From IMG/VR virus record IMGVR_UViG_2529292698_000003: a DNA stretch of 64,000 bases. One strand, written 5' to 3'. The notes under the pieces were generated by a model. That model was not told the origin of the DNA and did no database searches. It saw only the letters and a program-made list of their open reading frames with translations. This document shows positions 9,167-18,963 of this stretch, piece after piece. Made by a program: the position numbers and the translations under genes. Position 1 is the first letter of the stretch, and each line of letters starts with the position of its first letter. This DNA comes from a virus.

Positions 9167-10399
9167 TTAAGAATAAATCCAAATGCTTTCATCACCTGAA
9201 GAGACATAAATATTACCAACAGCATCATATCTAGCATCAGGCCCAGAGGTATTTGGGTTTGTACTAGCTAAAGTTGTAACTGCTGACATAAAAGCATCTG
9301 GGGTATAAGCTGAACTATTTGCTGCAAAGCTACTAGTTACACCCCAACGTGTTGTTGCTGAGTCATATCCAAATAGTTCTCCAATATCTTGAGTTGCTTG
9401 TTGTACTACAATACCACCATCTCCAGTTCCTGTTGAACCAGAAGCAAACAATACGAATCTATCTGCTACTTCTAAATTAGTAGTATTTTGGAATGAGGCA
9501 GTACCTTGTACAATAAGGTCATTATTGATTGTAATAGTATCACCTGAGAAGGTTCTATTACCAGAAATTGTGTCTGCTAAGCCAATTGTATATGAAGGTC
9601 CTCCACCTAATGCTTGTGCTGCAGTACCTGTAATATCAATTTCTCCTGCAGTTTGTGTTAAAGTAATAGTAGTATTACCTTCAACGGCAGTTCCTGATGT
9701 TGAGCCATAGTCAACATTTAATAATCCACCACCACTAGCAGATAGACCGGTTCCATCAATAGTATCTACATCTAAACCAACACCATTAGCAGTTACAGAA
9801 ACGGGTTTTACATTACCGCCTGTGGTTGAATCTGCTTGAACAGAAACGGTAGCTGTTGTCGATCCATCATATGTAAAGTCTGCGATACCATTTCCATCTG
9901 TTAAATCAGGTAAATCAGTTGTTCCAACAAAGGAACCGCTAAATGATCCTGTGAAGCTGTTTACACCAATTGTACCTAAAGATGTTGCAATAGCGTCTGT
10001 ATCAACACCTCCATCTTTGATACTAATTGTTTTAGCAGTACCACCGTTATAAGTTGTACCAGAATCTAATTGTAGAGTAGCATTGTCTACTGTTAGATCG
10101 TTTAAGTTGCTTCCTAATGAAATTCCACTAATTGTAGAATTAGCTAATGATGAGTTTGGAATTGCAGATAAACCAAAAGTTAGAGTATCTGTACCAGCAT
10201 TTGCAGATATAGTAAGACCTTGGTCTGAGGATGAAGCGAATGTTAAATTTCCATTAGCATCATCTGCTAATAATAGAGTTCCATCATATGATGCGGTTGC
10301 AAATGCATTTTGCGCTGTTACTGATGTTATATAGCCTGCATCATTATTAAATTGAGATATATCACTTCCGGATACTGCTACTTTTTTCCAAGTTGCCAT
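9167..10399 (-). CDS. Tail fibre / structural protein
   Basis: 410 aa; N-terminus MATWKKVAVSGS is paralogous to MPNWKKVIVSGS of 6077..8623; G/S/T-rich. Confidence 0.7.
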   Translation of the reverse strand: MATWKKVAVSGSDISQFNNDAGYITSVTAQNAFATASYDGTLLLADDANGNLTFASSSDQGLTISANAGTDTLTFGLSAIPNSSLANSTISGISLGSNLNDLTVDNATLQLDSGTTYNGGTAKTISIKDGGVDTDAIATSLGTIGVNSFTGSFSGSFVGTTDLPDLTDGNGIADFTYDGSTTATVSVQADSTTGGNVKPVSVTANGVGLDVDTIDGTGLSASGGGLLNVDYGSTSGTAVEGNTTITLTQTAGEIDITGTAAQALGGGPSYTIGLADTISGNRTFSGDTITINNDLIVQGTASFQNTTNLEVADRFVLFASGSTGTGDGGIVVQQATQDIGELFGYDSATTRWGVTSSFAANSSAYTPDAFMSAVTTLASTNPNTSGPDARYDAVGNIYVSSGDESIWIYS

Positions 10400-10450
10400 A
10401 ATTAATTAATTATTTTATTTTATTATAAATATGTTATTTTTTTTTATTTC

Positions 10451-10861
10451 TTAATCTAGCCCCACATAAAATGATTCGGAGGTAAAATATATTCCACCAT
10501 TAGGGGCAGAAGTTATTAATTCTGATGATTGGGTTGAGAATATTACTACCCCACTTTGACTTACTGCTAATATAGGAGCAAAAGAAGTATCTTGAATTAA
10601 AAACATTGTAGGGGCATCATTAGTTATAGTAATAGCACCTGATTCTTCTATGCTTAAAACCTCAAATGATGATGATTTTACTAAAAAAATATCCCCACCT
10701 GTACCATTAATATCTAAAGAACCAGTAATCTGTGCATCCCCTACAAAAGGAAATACATTTATATCAGTTAATTTACTACCATTTCCTTGAAAAGATCCTG
10801 AAAAGGATCCGCTTATGGTATAAGAACCTGATAAAAGTTGTTCTGGTTTAATTAATGCCAT
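10451..10861 (-). CDS. Putative structural protein
   Basis: ISGSFSGSFQGNGSKLT and FPFVGDAQITGSL motifs shared with fibre genes. Confidence 0.6.
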   Translation of the reverse strand: MALIKPEQLLSGSYTISGSFSGSFQGNGSKLTDINVFPFVGDAQITGSLDINGTGGDIFLVKSSSFEVLSIEESGAITITNDAPTMFLIQDTSFAPILAVSQSGVVIFSTQSSELITSAPNGGIYFTSESFYVGLD

Positions 10862-10862
10862 T

Positions 10863-11000
10863 TTATCTTCCTTGGGCTACGTATTTTTTAACGTAATTTT
10901 TGCTATTTTTAGATTTGCTAGTTTTTGATTTAGCATGTACACCTGGTCTTTTCTTTTTTGGGTGGTAAGTGGTTGATGGTTGTCCTTTTAATTTTGCCAT
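10863..11000 (-). CDS. Small highly basic protein, 45 aa (not in ORF track)
   Basis: MAKLKGQPSTTYHPKKKRPGVHAKSKTSKSKNSKNYVKKYVAQGR*; 12 K, 2 R, no D/E; fills the gap exactly and has its own late motif at 11007. Confidence 0.8.
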   Translation of the reverse strand: MAKLKGQPSTTYHPKKKRPGVHAKSKTSKSKNSKNYVKKYVAQGR

Positions 11001-11021
11001 TTTTTGTATAAATATTAAATA

Positions 11022-12287
11022 TTAACTACTAAATTTTCCGATTGCTATTATTTCATCTGTTGGACTAAGACCATATCCTAGTTCAGTTGGATTTATAACT
11101 AAAGTTGTAACTCCACCACTTTCAGTGAAAGAAGTTATAGCAGATCCTTCAACTAAAGCACCATTAATAAATATGCTAAAATTGTTTACGGAAGTGGTTG
11201 GAAGACCTAATGGGGTAGTTAGCCATCCACTTGAGAAAGTAGCAGTTGTTGAATTAACATATGTTCCTTCTTTTTGGATATTTGTATTCAAATAAACTAT
11301 AACAGTATTATCTATAGAAGTACCTCCACCACCTGAAGAGGGTGAAGATGGGAATTGAGTTATAGATTTTGGTTTGGATGAAGAAACAAGTTCTAATCCT
11401 GATGTGGTTTCTATTCCAAAGGTTACTTTAGATTTAGCATTATATTTTTTAATAGATGTTAAGTCTTTTTGGATAACATCTGGGATTATATATCCATGGA
11501 CTTTTAGAGTGAAGTTACTTCTTACAACTCTATTTTGACCTTGGTTTAGTTCTGTTATCGTATTAAAGGTGTCAATTCTTGATTTAAATTGAAAACGTTC
11601 CGGATCCCCCCAATATGAATCGGACGCGTAGTTTATCGCCTCTACTATTTTATTTAGTTGCTCTATATAATAAGTTTGAACAATAAAACTATAAGTTAAA
11701 GTAACATAGTCAGGAACTACATTAGCAATAAACTGTTTTGTTGGTATTCTATTATTTAATAGATCAAAATTAGAATAAAAGTTTTTAGGGTTATATGATT
11801 TTTGCCAAGATGTATAAAGATGTGGTGAATTAGCGTCAAGTTTATTTGTTATAGAACGATTTTTATCTAAACTATCACGTTTAAACATGATAATAGGAGA
11901 CATGATTTTACCTTTTTTATCTCTATAAAATCCATCTTTTTGAATAGCTTTAAATCTCTCAGGAGAACCATATACTAAGGGTACAGCAATTCTTTCTCCA
12001 TTTTGTATAACTGTAGGTTTAATTACATTATCAAAATAATATAATATAGCTTCATCTACATCCTGTATATTTACTGTAAAGGGTTTTACTTTATCCCCTT
12101 TAAAAGACATTTTTTCAGATCTGTTAAAATCTACTCCACGTTGTGTATTAGGGGTGAATTGTCTAAAATCTTGTATCTCATTAGGATTACCACGAGTTTC
12201 TCCTGTTTCAGGATTAACATAAGGGTTAACCTGATTATTGGAAATCTCTTTTTGAGATTTTGGTATGGGTTTTCTATTATTTGGCAT
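11022..12287 (-). CDS. Tail terminator / sheath stabiliser (gp15-like) with C-terminal extension
   Basis: VPLVYGSPERF, SPIIMFKRDS, VTLTYSFIVQT and IVEAIN.ASDSYW segments; position after the neck genes. Confidence 0.65.
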   Translation of the reverse strand: MPNNRKPIPKSQKEISNNQVNPYVNPETGETRGNPNEIQDFRQFTPNTQRGVDFNRSEKMSFKGDKVKPFTVNIQDVDEAILYYFDNVIKPTVIQNGERIAVPLVYGSPERFKAIQKDGFYRDKKGKIMSPIIMFKRDSLDKNRSITNKLDANSPHLYTSWQKSYNPKNFYSNFDLLNNRIPTKQFIANVVPDYVTLTYSFIVQTYYIEQLNKIVEAINYASDSYWGDPERFQFKSRIDTFNTITELNQGQNRVVRSNFTLKVHGYIIPDVIQKDLTSIKKYNAKSKVTFGIETTSGLELVSSSKPKSITQFPSSPSSGGGGTSIDNTVIVYLNTNIQKEGTYVNSTTATFSSGWLTTPLGLPTTSVNNFSIFINGALVEGSAITSFTESGGVTTLVINPTELGYGLSPTDEIIAIGKFSS

Positions 12288-12799
12288 TAAATTCTTTCTT
12301 TAGTAATTTGTACTTTATCTGCAGGTACATAAAGTGTTTGACAAATAATTGATAAGTTTGTACCAAAATTTTCTAATCCTGGGTTTAATGGGTTTGGTTC
12401 GTAAGGATAGTCAGGGTTTTTACCTGTTATATAACGGTTAGCATTAGTTGTATGAACTTCATAATATCCTTCATTATACATTACAATATCTCCTACTTCA
12501 GGAACCAGGTTAATATCTACTAAATCGTCTCTTAAAAATTTAAAATCAATTCCCCATTGGAAATCAACACCTAATACTTCATCTTGTGGAAATTCTTGTT
12601 CTGATCTTTGGATTCTAGCAAATAATATTATAGGTTCAAAATAATATCTTGATCCTGCTGCTTCACCATACATGTTTACTTTAGTTTCATTTAATTTTAA
12701 TTTATAGTAAACACATTGTTGAGACATGATATTACCCATTAACTCGCGGTTAACTTTTCTAAATAACGATATATCTCTTTGTGATCCGTAAATTGCCAT
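12287..12799 (-). CDS. Neck / head-closure protein (gp14-like)
   Basis: VNMYGEA, PEVGDIV..N..YYEV pattern; follows the gp13-like gene. Confidence 0.7.
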   Translation of the reverse strand: MAIYGSQRDISLFRKVNRELMGNIMSQQCVYYKLKLNETKVNMYGEAAGSRYYFEPIILFARIQRSEQEFPQDEVLGVDFQWGIDFKFLRDDLVDINLVPEVGDIVMYNEGYYEVHTTNANRYITGKNPDYPYEPNPLNPGLENFGTNLSIICQTLYVPADKVQITKERI

Positions 12800-12800
12800 C

Positions 12801-13955
12801 TTATCCTATGAAAATTGTATATGGTACGTAATTTAATTCTTTTTGTAAATGTTCTGACTCAGTTGCTCTATTTTCTAAGAGTTTTTTACGAGAAGTTTCT
12901 TCAAAATATGCTCTTAATCTTTCTATAAGGGCATCTTTTGTTTCTTTTGCTGAACTTAATAGATCTGGAGCGTTTAGAGTGAGTTTTTCATTAGGATCTG
13001 GGATTTCATTTCCGTATTTACCTCGAACATATCCTAAAATTTCTTTAACAATTGATAAAGAATATTCAAATATCCATTGTCTGCCAATAGAATTTATTTG
13101 AGAATAAACAGGATTTGTGTATGGTACTTGAGATATATTAGTTATAACATCAACTCCTCCTGTATCGACATATGGATTATTTCGATCTGATTTTTTAATA
13201 TATTGTACCCACATTTTATCCATAGTTTCACTTGGAATAGGGAAGATTTTAAGATTGTTATTTACTAATTCAAATGTGTATTGTGATCTACGAATTTGAT
13301 CATTAAATTCAATAGCTTGTAATTTCTGTAAATCATAATTTACGGGCATCATCAAAAAGTTTATAGCAGGCGAATAACCTCCAAAACCAAAACTATCTAA
13401 CATTTGCATCATACCTGTACCTGTACCAGCATATGGATCAAAATATCTTACAATTGCTGGAGGGGCTTCATAGTAAACTCTTTTAATTTCTAAATCACTA
13501 GGACTTAATCCCTCTTGGGCAGCAAAACTTTCTAAATTATAATTTTGTACACCCGCAGTTAAATTAATAGAACCAGAATACCAAGTTACATTTCCCCCAA
13601 CTCCTGCTTCTACCCCATATTGATCTGAAATTCTAGCTATAGTTGCAAAGTTAGGTTGAGGTAAAGAATTGTTAGCGGAGTTTATAGTTGTTGGAGCTCC
13701 TTGAAATGATAAGAAATTTTCGGATGCTTGGTATGCAAATAATTCATTACCATATGTTGTAATTGCCTCTTCAAAAGCCGCATAAAAGTTTAAATCTTGT
13801 AATTCTATTTCAGTAATAGGATACCCTAACCTTCTAGCGGCAAATGTAACGAATTTATCAGCATCTTGTTGAAATTGGAGATCATCATCGTAAAATCCAA
13901 AAGGGGTTTCTCCTGGAGAGAATGAACTAGATCCTGGGAAGATAGGTATATTCAT
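12801..13955 (-). CDS. Neck protein (gp13-like)
   Basis: RRLGYP..EIEL.D..FYAAFEEAI; WIFEYSLSIVKEILGYVRGKY; LTLNAPDL. Confidence 0.75.
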   Translation of the reverse strand: MNIPIFPGSSSFSPGETPFGFYDDDLQFQQDADKFVTFAARRLGYPITEIELQDLNFYAAFEEAITTYGNELFAYQASENFLSFQGAPTTINSANNSLPQPNFATIARISDQYGVEAGVGGNVTWYSGSINLTAGVQNYNLESFAAQEGLSPSDLEIKRVYYEAPPAIVRYFDPYAGTGTGMMQMLDSFGFGGYSPAINFLMMPVNYDLQKLQAIEFNDQIRRSQYTFELVNNNLKIFPIPSETMDKMWVQYIKKSDRNNPYVDTGGVDVITNISQVPYTNPVYSQINSIGRQWIFEYSLSIVKEILGYVRGKYGNEIPDPNEKLTLNAPDLLSSAKETKDALIERLRAYFEETSRKKLLENRATESEHLQKELNYVPYTIFIG

Positions 13956-13959
13956 ATTT

Positions 13960-14406
13960 TTAAGAGTTTATAAGGGTATATTCTATGTCTAAACTACTAC
14001 TTATAGCATAAACTTTTATAGCTTCTATATCATCTCCAAAACTTCCATTAAAATTGCTTGAGGTGATTTGTGAACTTACAAAAAATAAAGAATCTGTAGG
14101 GGTGAGTTTTTGAGTAAAACTACCTTGTGACCCACTAACTATTATAGCAGCATCATAAGTATCATCCAAATTAGTAATTCTAATATATTGTAAACTTGAT
14201 GAAGGAAAAGTTCCAGCTCCTGGGTTAGTTCCATTTAGATTAAATAAATCAATGGATGTAGTATTAGGGCAAGTTAATATACGGTGATCAACATTTGTAA
14301 CATTTGAAATAGTATGAATTACTTCATTTTTTATTACACTATTTCGGACAACTTGTTCTTCAGTGATTTTTATTTTAAAAGAAGTTGGTGTTAATGTAGA
14401 GGCCAT
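13960..14406 (-). CDS. Hypothetical (probably structural) protein
   Basis: 148 aa, beta-rich, preceded by the late motif at 14420. Confidence 0.6.
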   Translation of the reverse strand: MASTLTPTSFKIKITEEQVVRNSVIKNEVIHTISNVTNVDHRILTCPNTTSIDLFNLNGTNPGAGTFPSSSLQYIRITNLDDTYDAAIIVSGSQGSFTQKLTPTDSLFFVSSQITSSNFNGSFGDDIEAIKVYAISSSLDIEYTLINS

Positions 14407-14430
14407 ATTAATATTTTATTATAAATATTG

Positions 14431-15129
14431 TTAGCTTCTAAATGACTTATAAACTTCTAATATAGGATCTACAATTTCATGACGATGGTTAGTTTCTAAA
14501 GTTACTACATTAAAACTAGGCACATCAATCATATGTTTAATCATAAAATCAAATCCAGAATCTTTTTTATTTCTAAGATCAATTTGAGCACTATCCCCAC
14601 AAAATATAACTTTAGATCCTTTACATATTCTAGTAAGGATTAACTCAGTTTGAACATCAGTTAAGTTTTGAGATTCATCTACTACTACTAAACAATCTGT
14701 AAAATTTCTACCTCTCATAAAGGAAACAGGCACTATTTCAATTTTACCCTCTTCTATAAGTTTTTCAATTTTGACTTTATCGTATAAACGATGCATATTT
14801 TCGTATACAGGAGCTGTAAAGGGGGCTAACTTTTCATCAATACCACCTGGAAGATAGCCTATGTCTTGTCCTGCTACTACAGTTGGTCTTGTGATAAGAA
14901 CTTTTTCTATTTCTTTAGTAAATAGTAAGTCTAGGGCTACTTGTGCAGCCAACAAAGATTTACCTGATCCTGCTTTTCCTTTTAATACAGTTACAGTATT
15001 ATAGAGAATCTGTTTTTTAGCTTCTTTTTGTTCTTGGTTTAATGTAAGTTTGAATTTTATTGGGTTTTTTGGTCTGCCTTTTCTTTTAAAAGTTTGTTGA
15101 GCTTCAGTTGATCTATTATAATCTGTCAT
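14431..15129 (-). CDS. phoH: PhoH-like ATPase
   Basis: GKAGSGKS Walker A, ITRPTV, IGYLPG, SFMRGRNF, VVDESQN, GDSAQIDL, NHRHEIV. Confidence 0.95.
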   Translation of the reverse strand: MTDYNRSTEAQQTFKRKGRPKNPIKFKLTLNQEQKEAKKQILYNTVTVLKGKAGSGKSLLAAQVALDLLFTKEIEKVLITRPTVVAGQDIGYLPGGIDEKLAPFTAPVYENMHRLYDKVKIEKLIEEGKIEIVPVSFMRGRNFTDCLVVVDESQNLTDVQTELILTRICKGSKVIFCGDSAQIDLRNKKDSGFDFMIKHMIDVPSFNVVTLETNHRHEIVDPILEVYKSFRS

Positions 15130-15154
15130 ATAACGGTTTTGATTATAAATACAT

Positions 15155-15180
15155 AAAAAAAGCCTAGCTTTCGCTAGGCT
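15155..15180 (-). terminator. Rho-independent terminator after the major capsid gene
   Basis: 8-bp stem AGCCTAGC/GCTAGGCT, GAAA loop on minus, T tract. Confidence 0.85.
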
Positions 15181-15207
15181 CTTTTAAAATTTATGAATTG
15201 ATTTCTA

Positions 15208-16887
15208 CTAGATAGAAGCCAAATCACTGATGAAAATACGACCATAGAATTCTGGACGGATCATTTTCTTAGCGTAACGAGTCAAGAGACCTTTACGTGG
15301 TGTAAATGTATCTGGATCGTACACTAGAGGTGTCATGATCAATGGAATGTATGGAGCAAATACCGCACCAGTTTCAAGGAATTGAGATCCTCTATAACCC
15401 ATCAAAATAACATTTTCTGTCATGTAAGGGTTTTTATAAACTGTGTAACGGTTGTTTAATTGTCCCGATTTTTGGATACCAAATGAATAAGACATTTTAG
15501 TTGCTTCACCATCAGATGTTGATGCAAATCCAGGGATTGATTCTAACACAGTAGCAACTGTAGGAGAAACTACAACAAAGTTCGCACCTCCACGTAGAGT
15601 TTTCTGGTGGATTTTGTTACTAACTTTTTGCATCTTAGTTCCTAAAGTTTGGAACCATTGTCCTTGTGTGTTGAAGAATCCTAAATCATCAAATCCAGTT
15701 TTTCCAGAGTTTAATGAACGGTTATTAACAGCTGACCAATATTCATCTGCTGCAGAAGCATCTTGGATCAACATATCAAGGTTTTCAAGATCAATCTCTA
15801 ATGAGATATACTCGCTCATGATAGAAGTTAATTCCGCTTCAGCATCAAGTGATTGGTAAGCGTTAAGATCCTGAGCGAATTCCGGTGTCCATTGTGCTTT
15901 TAATTTACGTGTTTTAGCAACGATAGCTTCAGATTTCAATTTAACATTGATTTCTGGGATAGCAAGTTCATCTGCTGCAGTTGAGTTAGCATTTGGACGA
16001 CCAGCACCTGATGCATCTTCGAAGTCACCACGGTTGTTATCAGTTGGTTGAACGTTGTAAGTTACATAGAATGGCTCACTCAAATCAGCGAATGAAGCTG
16101 AAGATACTTGGTGAATGAAAGTTACAGTTCCTGTAGTTTCATTAACTGAAGTATATTGAGGTAAGATAGTTGAAGTAGTAGCGATTGAAGCTGAAGTAGC
16201 TGTGAAAGCACGAACACCTTTGAAGTCTGGGTTTGTTGCACCAGATCCAGTAAGAGAACTCATGTTAACTGATACTGCTGAGTAAGTAACACCTGCTGCG
16301 ATTGAAGCTGAAAGTTCAGCAGCGTAATCAACTTGAGCCCAAGTTGCAGATGTAATAGTACCTGTTAAAGATGATGATTTTTGGTTGATTGAGTAACCAA
16401 ATCTTCCCGCTCCATATAAACCTCCGTTTGGATCAACACCAGCACCTGGATCTGTGTCACCATACATAGATGCATTAGCTCCGTATACAGTATCACTACC
16501 ACCAAAGTTTAATTGTTTAGTATCTCCATATTGGAAATCCAAGAAGAATACTAGACCTGAAGGTAAGTTCATTGGTTGAACAGACATGAATTCTTTAGTT
16601 GAAAGAGATCCAAATACTTTACGTACCAATGGAAGAGCAACTCCTGCCCATTGTGCACCATTTCCTACAGAAAAAGTACCACCACCTTGGTCAGTAGCAG
16701 AAGCTTCAGTTACTAATTGTTTTGCTTGGTTTTCAAGGATTAAGGCCATGTTGTTTTTGTCGATCTCATTGCTTAGACCTTCCAACAAACCTGTTCTTCC
16801 CCATTTGCTCGAAATACGAGCACCTTCGTTCTGCATGTTTTTCCAACCTTGTGCAGAGCTTTCTAAAAGTGAATTTAAGTTTGACAT
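15208..16887 (-). CDS. gp23: Major capsid protein (T4 gp23-like)
   Basis: KWGRTGLLEGL, LENQA, LPLVRKVF, SVQPMNLPSGLVFFLDF, AKTRKLKAQWTPEFAQDL, YIPL.MTP..YDP.TFTPRKG.LTRYA. Confidence 0.95.
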   Translation of the reverse strand: MSNLNSLLESSAQGWKNMQNEGARISSKWGRTGLLEGLSNEIDKNNMALILENQAKQLVTEASATDQGGGTFSVGNGAQWAGVALPLVRKVFGSLSTKEFMSVQPMNLPSGLVFFLDFQYGDTKQLNFGGSDTVYGANASMYGDTDPGAGVDPNGGLYGAGRFGYSINQKSSSLTGTITSATWAQVDYAAELSASIAAGVTYSAVSVNMSSLTGSGATNPDFKGVRAFTATSASIATTSTILPQYTSVNETTGTVTFIHQVSSASFADLSEPFYVTYNVQPTDNNRGDFEDASGAGRPNANSTAADELAIPEINVKLKSEAIVAKTRKLKAQWTPEFAQDLNAYQSLDAEAELTSIMSEYISLEIDLENLDMLIQDASAADEYWSAVNNRSLNSGKTGFDDLGFFNTQGQWFQTLGTKMQKVSNKIHQKTLRGGANFVVVSPTVATVLESIPGFASTSDGEATKMSYSFGIQKSGQLNNRYTVYKNPYMTENVILMGYRGSQFLETGAVFAPYIPLIMTPLVYDPDTFTPRKGLLTRYAKKMIRPEFYGRIFISDLASI

Positions 16888-16908
16888 TTTTGTTTTTGTT
16901 TTTTAAGA

Positions 16909-18168
16909 TTAATGTTTAGCGCTATAAAATGCTATTTCTCTCATACGTGAGAAAGCATCGTTAGCTTCAATAATTGGTTTTTTGGTTGTACCCGTTGCTT
17001 TTGAAGCACTACCTAAGTTTTCAGAAAGTGGTTTTTTGCTTGTTGTGATACCTCCATTTAGAGTTTCATAAACAAGTTTTACTTCTTTAACTGTAGTAGT
17101 TTTATCAAAGCTGTTTAGTACTTTTAATTTTTGACTTTCAGTCAAGTTTTTACCTTTGAAGATTTTATTTGTGTAAAGCAATTTAGCATTTAACAAATTA
17201 ACTTCATTTAATTCAGAACGAAGAGCTTCAACAGTTGAATAAGCTTCATCAAGTTCTTTTTGAAGGTTTTCAAAAGTAGATGCTGTTGCTGGTCCTGCGA
17301 TTTCAGATCCAGGGGTATAAACTAATTCCCCTCCTTTGATTTCAATTCTTCCAGCACCACCATCTGCTTCAGCTGCTTTAACTAGAGCTTCAATTTCAGA
17401 TTCTGTTGGTGGAGTGAAAGATTCAATCTTTCCTGATGCTGCTAATCTTTTACCAGCGTAGACTTTCATAGGAATTTCTTTTTCCAAATCCTCAACTCTT
17501 CCTGCCGCAGCACTGAAAGGTTTGGTGATTTTCTTAATAGTATCCATAAAGCCTTCTTCCATCGGATCTTCGTCTTCCGTCATATCATCATCATGATATG
17601 TTTCATCCATAGAATCAATTTCAGCTAGAAGTTCATCGATGTTTACTTCTTCTTCTTCCTCTTCTTCTGTTTCCATTTCTTCATCTTCCATGTCTTCACC
17701 TTCCATGTTTTCACCAGCTTCTAATTCACCAGCTTCAACCATATCAGCGATTACATCTTCGATGAATGATTTTAAATCTTCTTCAGACATATCTTCCAGA
17801 TCCATTGTTTCTTCCTCAGTTTCTGATTCCATGTCTTCATCAGCTTCTTCAGCTTCATCTTCCATGTCTTCTTCATCTTCGGCTTCATTTAGTTCTGAGA
17901 GTAGTTCTTCAAGATCTAGCTCTTCCAAATTTTCTTCTTCCATTGTAGGTTCTGTATCATATTCTTCATACATTGCCATTTCACCATCTTCCATTCCTTC
18001 TACTTCTTCATCAATTTCTTCCATTTCTTGAAGTTTAGTAGCAAGCATAGATTTTAGGTGTGGAGTAAAGGATTCTTCTAGAGCTGCTTTTGCATTTGCA
18101 ATAGCCATTTCTTTTACAGCTTTAGCATCTGCGATTGCTTCTTTAAGCAAATCTCTGTTTGTTGCCAT
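16909..18168 (-). CDS. Prohead core scaffold protein (gp22-like), highly acidic
   Basis: Between protease and capsid genes; E/D-rich centre; EVNLLNAKLLYTNKIF...LTESQKLKVL..FD C-terminal domain. Confidence 0.8.
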   Translation of the reverse strand: MATNRDLLKEAIADAKAVKEMAIANAKAALEESFTPHLKSMLATKLQEMEEIDEEVEGMEDGEMAMYEEYDTEPTMEEENLEELDLEELLSELNEAEDEEDMEDEAEEADEDMESETEEETMDLEDMSEEDLKSFIEDVIADMVEAGELEAGENMEGEDMEDEEMETEEEEEEEVNIDELLAEIDSMDETYHDDDMTEDEDPMEEGFMDTIKKITKPFSAAAGRVEDLEKEIPMKVYAGKRLAASGKIESFTPPTESEIEALVKAAEADGGAGRIEIKGGELVYTPGSEIAGPATASTFENLQKELDEAYSTVEALRSELNEVNLLNAKLLYTNKIFKGKNLTESQKLKVLNSFDKTTTVKEVKLVYETLNGGITTSKKPLSENLGSASKATGTTKKPIIEANDAFSRMREIAFYSAKH

Positions 18169-18198
18169 TTTTCCTAAAATTTTATTTTGTTTGGGAAA

Positions 18199-18277
18199 TA
18201 CGTTTATTGAGAAACGTAATAGAATTAATTAGTTATCATGCTATATAAGGGATAGCATATTCGTGTAATAAATACAC
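18199..18277 (-). promoter_or_regulatory. Three tandem hairpins in the scaffold/capsid leader
   Basis: TACGTTT/AAACGTA (18199-18218), ATGCTAT/ATAGCAT (18238-18258), GTGTA/TACAC (18263-18277). Confidence 0.45.
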
Positions 18278-18301
18278 AAAGAAAATTCAAAATGTAAAGA
18301 G

Positions 18302-18328
18302 AAAAAAAGATTGAACTTTTGTTCAACC
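18302..18328 (-). terminator. Probable terminator after the prohead protease gene
   Basis: Minus strand GGTTGAAC-AAAA-GTTCAATC followed by T7. Confidence 0.7.
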
Positions 18329-18354
18329 TTATTTATAATAAAATATCTAGGATA

Positions 18355-18963
18355 TTAAAATATAGGACAATTACCTTGTGAACAAAGTATATCGGTTATA
18401 ATACTTTGAACATTTTTGTAGGGGTTTGGTAGATTAGAGTAGTCTATACCTTCTCTAAGTGGAGACATCCATGATCCTGGGTTAGAAGGTGTTGAAACAA
18501 AATCCCAACATAATAAATCAAAATCATCTTGGACTTCTAATACACCATTATTTTCTTTTAATGAACCCATCCCACGAGATGATACTCCAACTTTAATACC
18601 ACTGTCTATTAATGCCTTAAGTATATTTCCTGATGGAGTTGGGAGGATCTCTATTTTACCCATTACTTTATCCCCATTCCACCAGATTTCTGTAATATTA
18701 TGGGATACATTTTTTAGGTTAATAATAGAGGATTCAGGATGATCTAATTCTCCTAGGGCTCTGTTTTCTTTAACAGACTCCATATATTTATCAATTTCTC
18801 TTTCCCATAGATCCTTAGAATAGTATCTACCGTTTCCATTTTTGACTTCAGCGGTTGCTAAAAGACCTTCAACAATTGGGTTACCTCTTTCAGATTTTCC
18901 TTCAGTTAAGGAAACCTTTGTAGGTTCAAATAATTGGGTTTCTATTAAAAGTGGTTTATTCAT
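18355..18963 (-). CDS. gp21: Prohead core protein protease (gp21-like)
   Basis: NGNGRYY, ALGELDHP, NVSH, LPTPSG.IL, GVSSRGMGSL, DFVSTPS. Confidence 0.95.
   Translation of the reverse strand: MNKPLLIETQLFEPTKVSLTEGKSERGNPIVEGLLATAEVKNGNGRYYSKDLWEREIDKYMESVKENRALGELDHPESSIINLKNVSHNITEIWWNGDKVMGKIEILPTPSGNILKALIDSGIKVGVSSRGMGSLKENNGVLEVQDDFDLLCWDFVSTPSNPGSWMSPLREGIDYSNLPNPYKNVQSIITDILCSQGNCPIF

Noticed and set aside
15205-15210. Possible stop-codon reassignment (TAG/TGA)
   Set aside because: The standard code gives full-length, tightly abutting genes; the capsid gene ends TAG-TAG before a terminator
8296-16919. Alternative-frame minus ORFs 8296..8493 and 16722..16919
   Set aside because: Nested out of frame in the fibre and capsid genes, with atypical composition
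17639-18031. Ser-rich plus-strand ORF
   Set aside because: Antisense shadow of the Glu/Asp-rich scaffold codons (GAA/GAT read as TTC/ATC/TCx)
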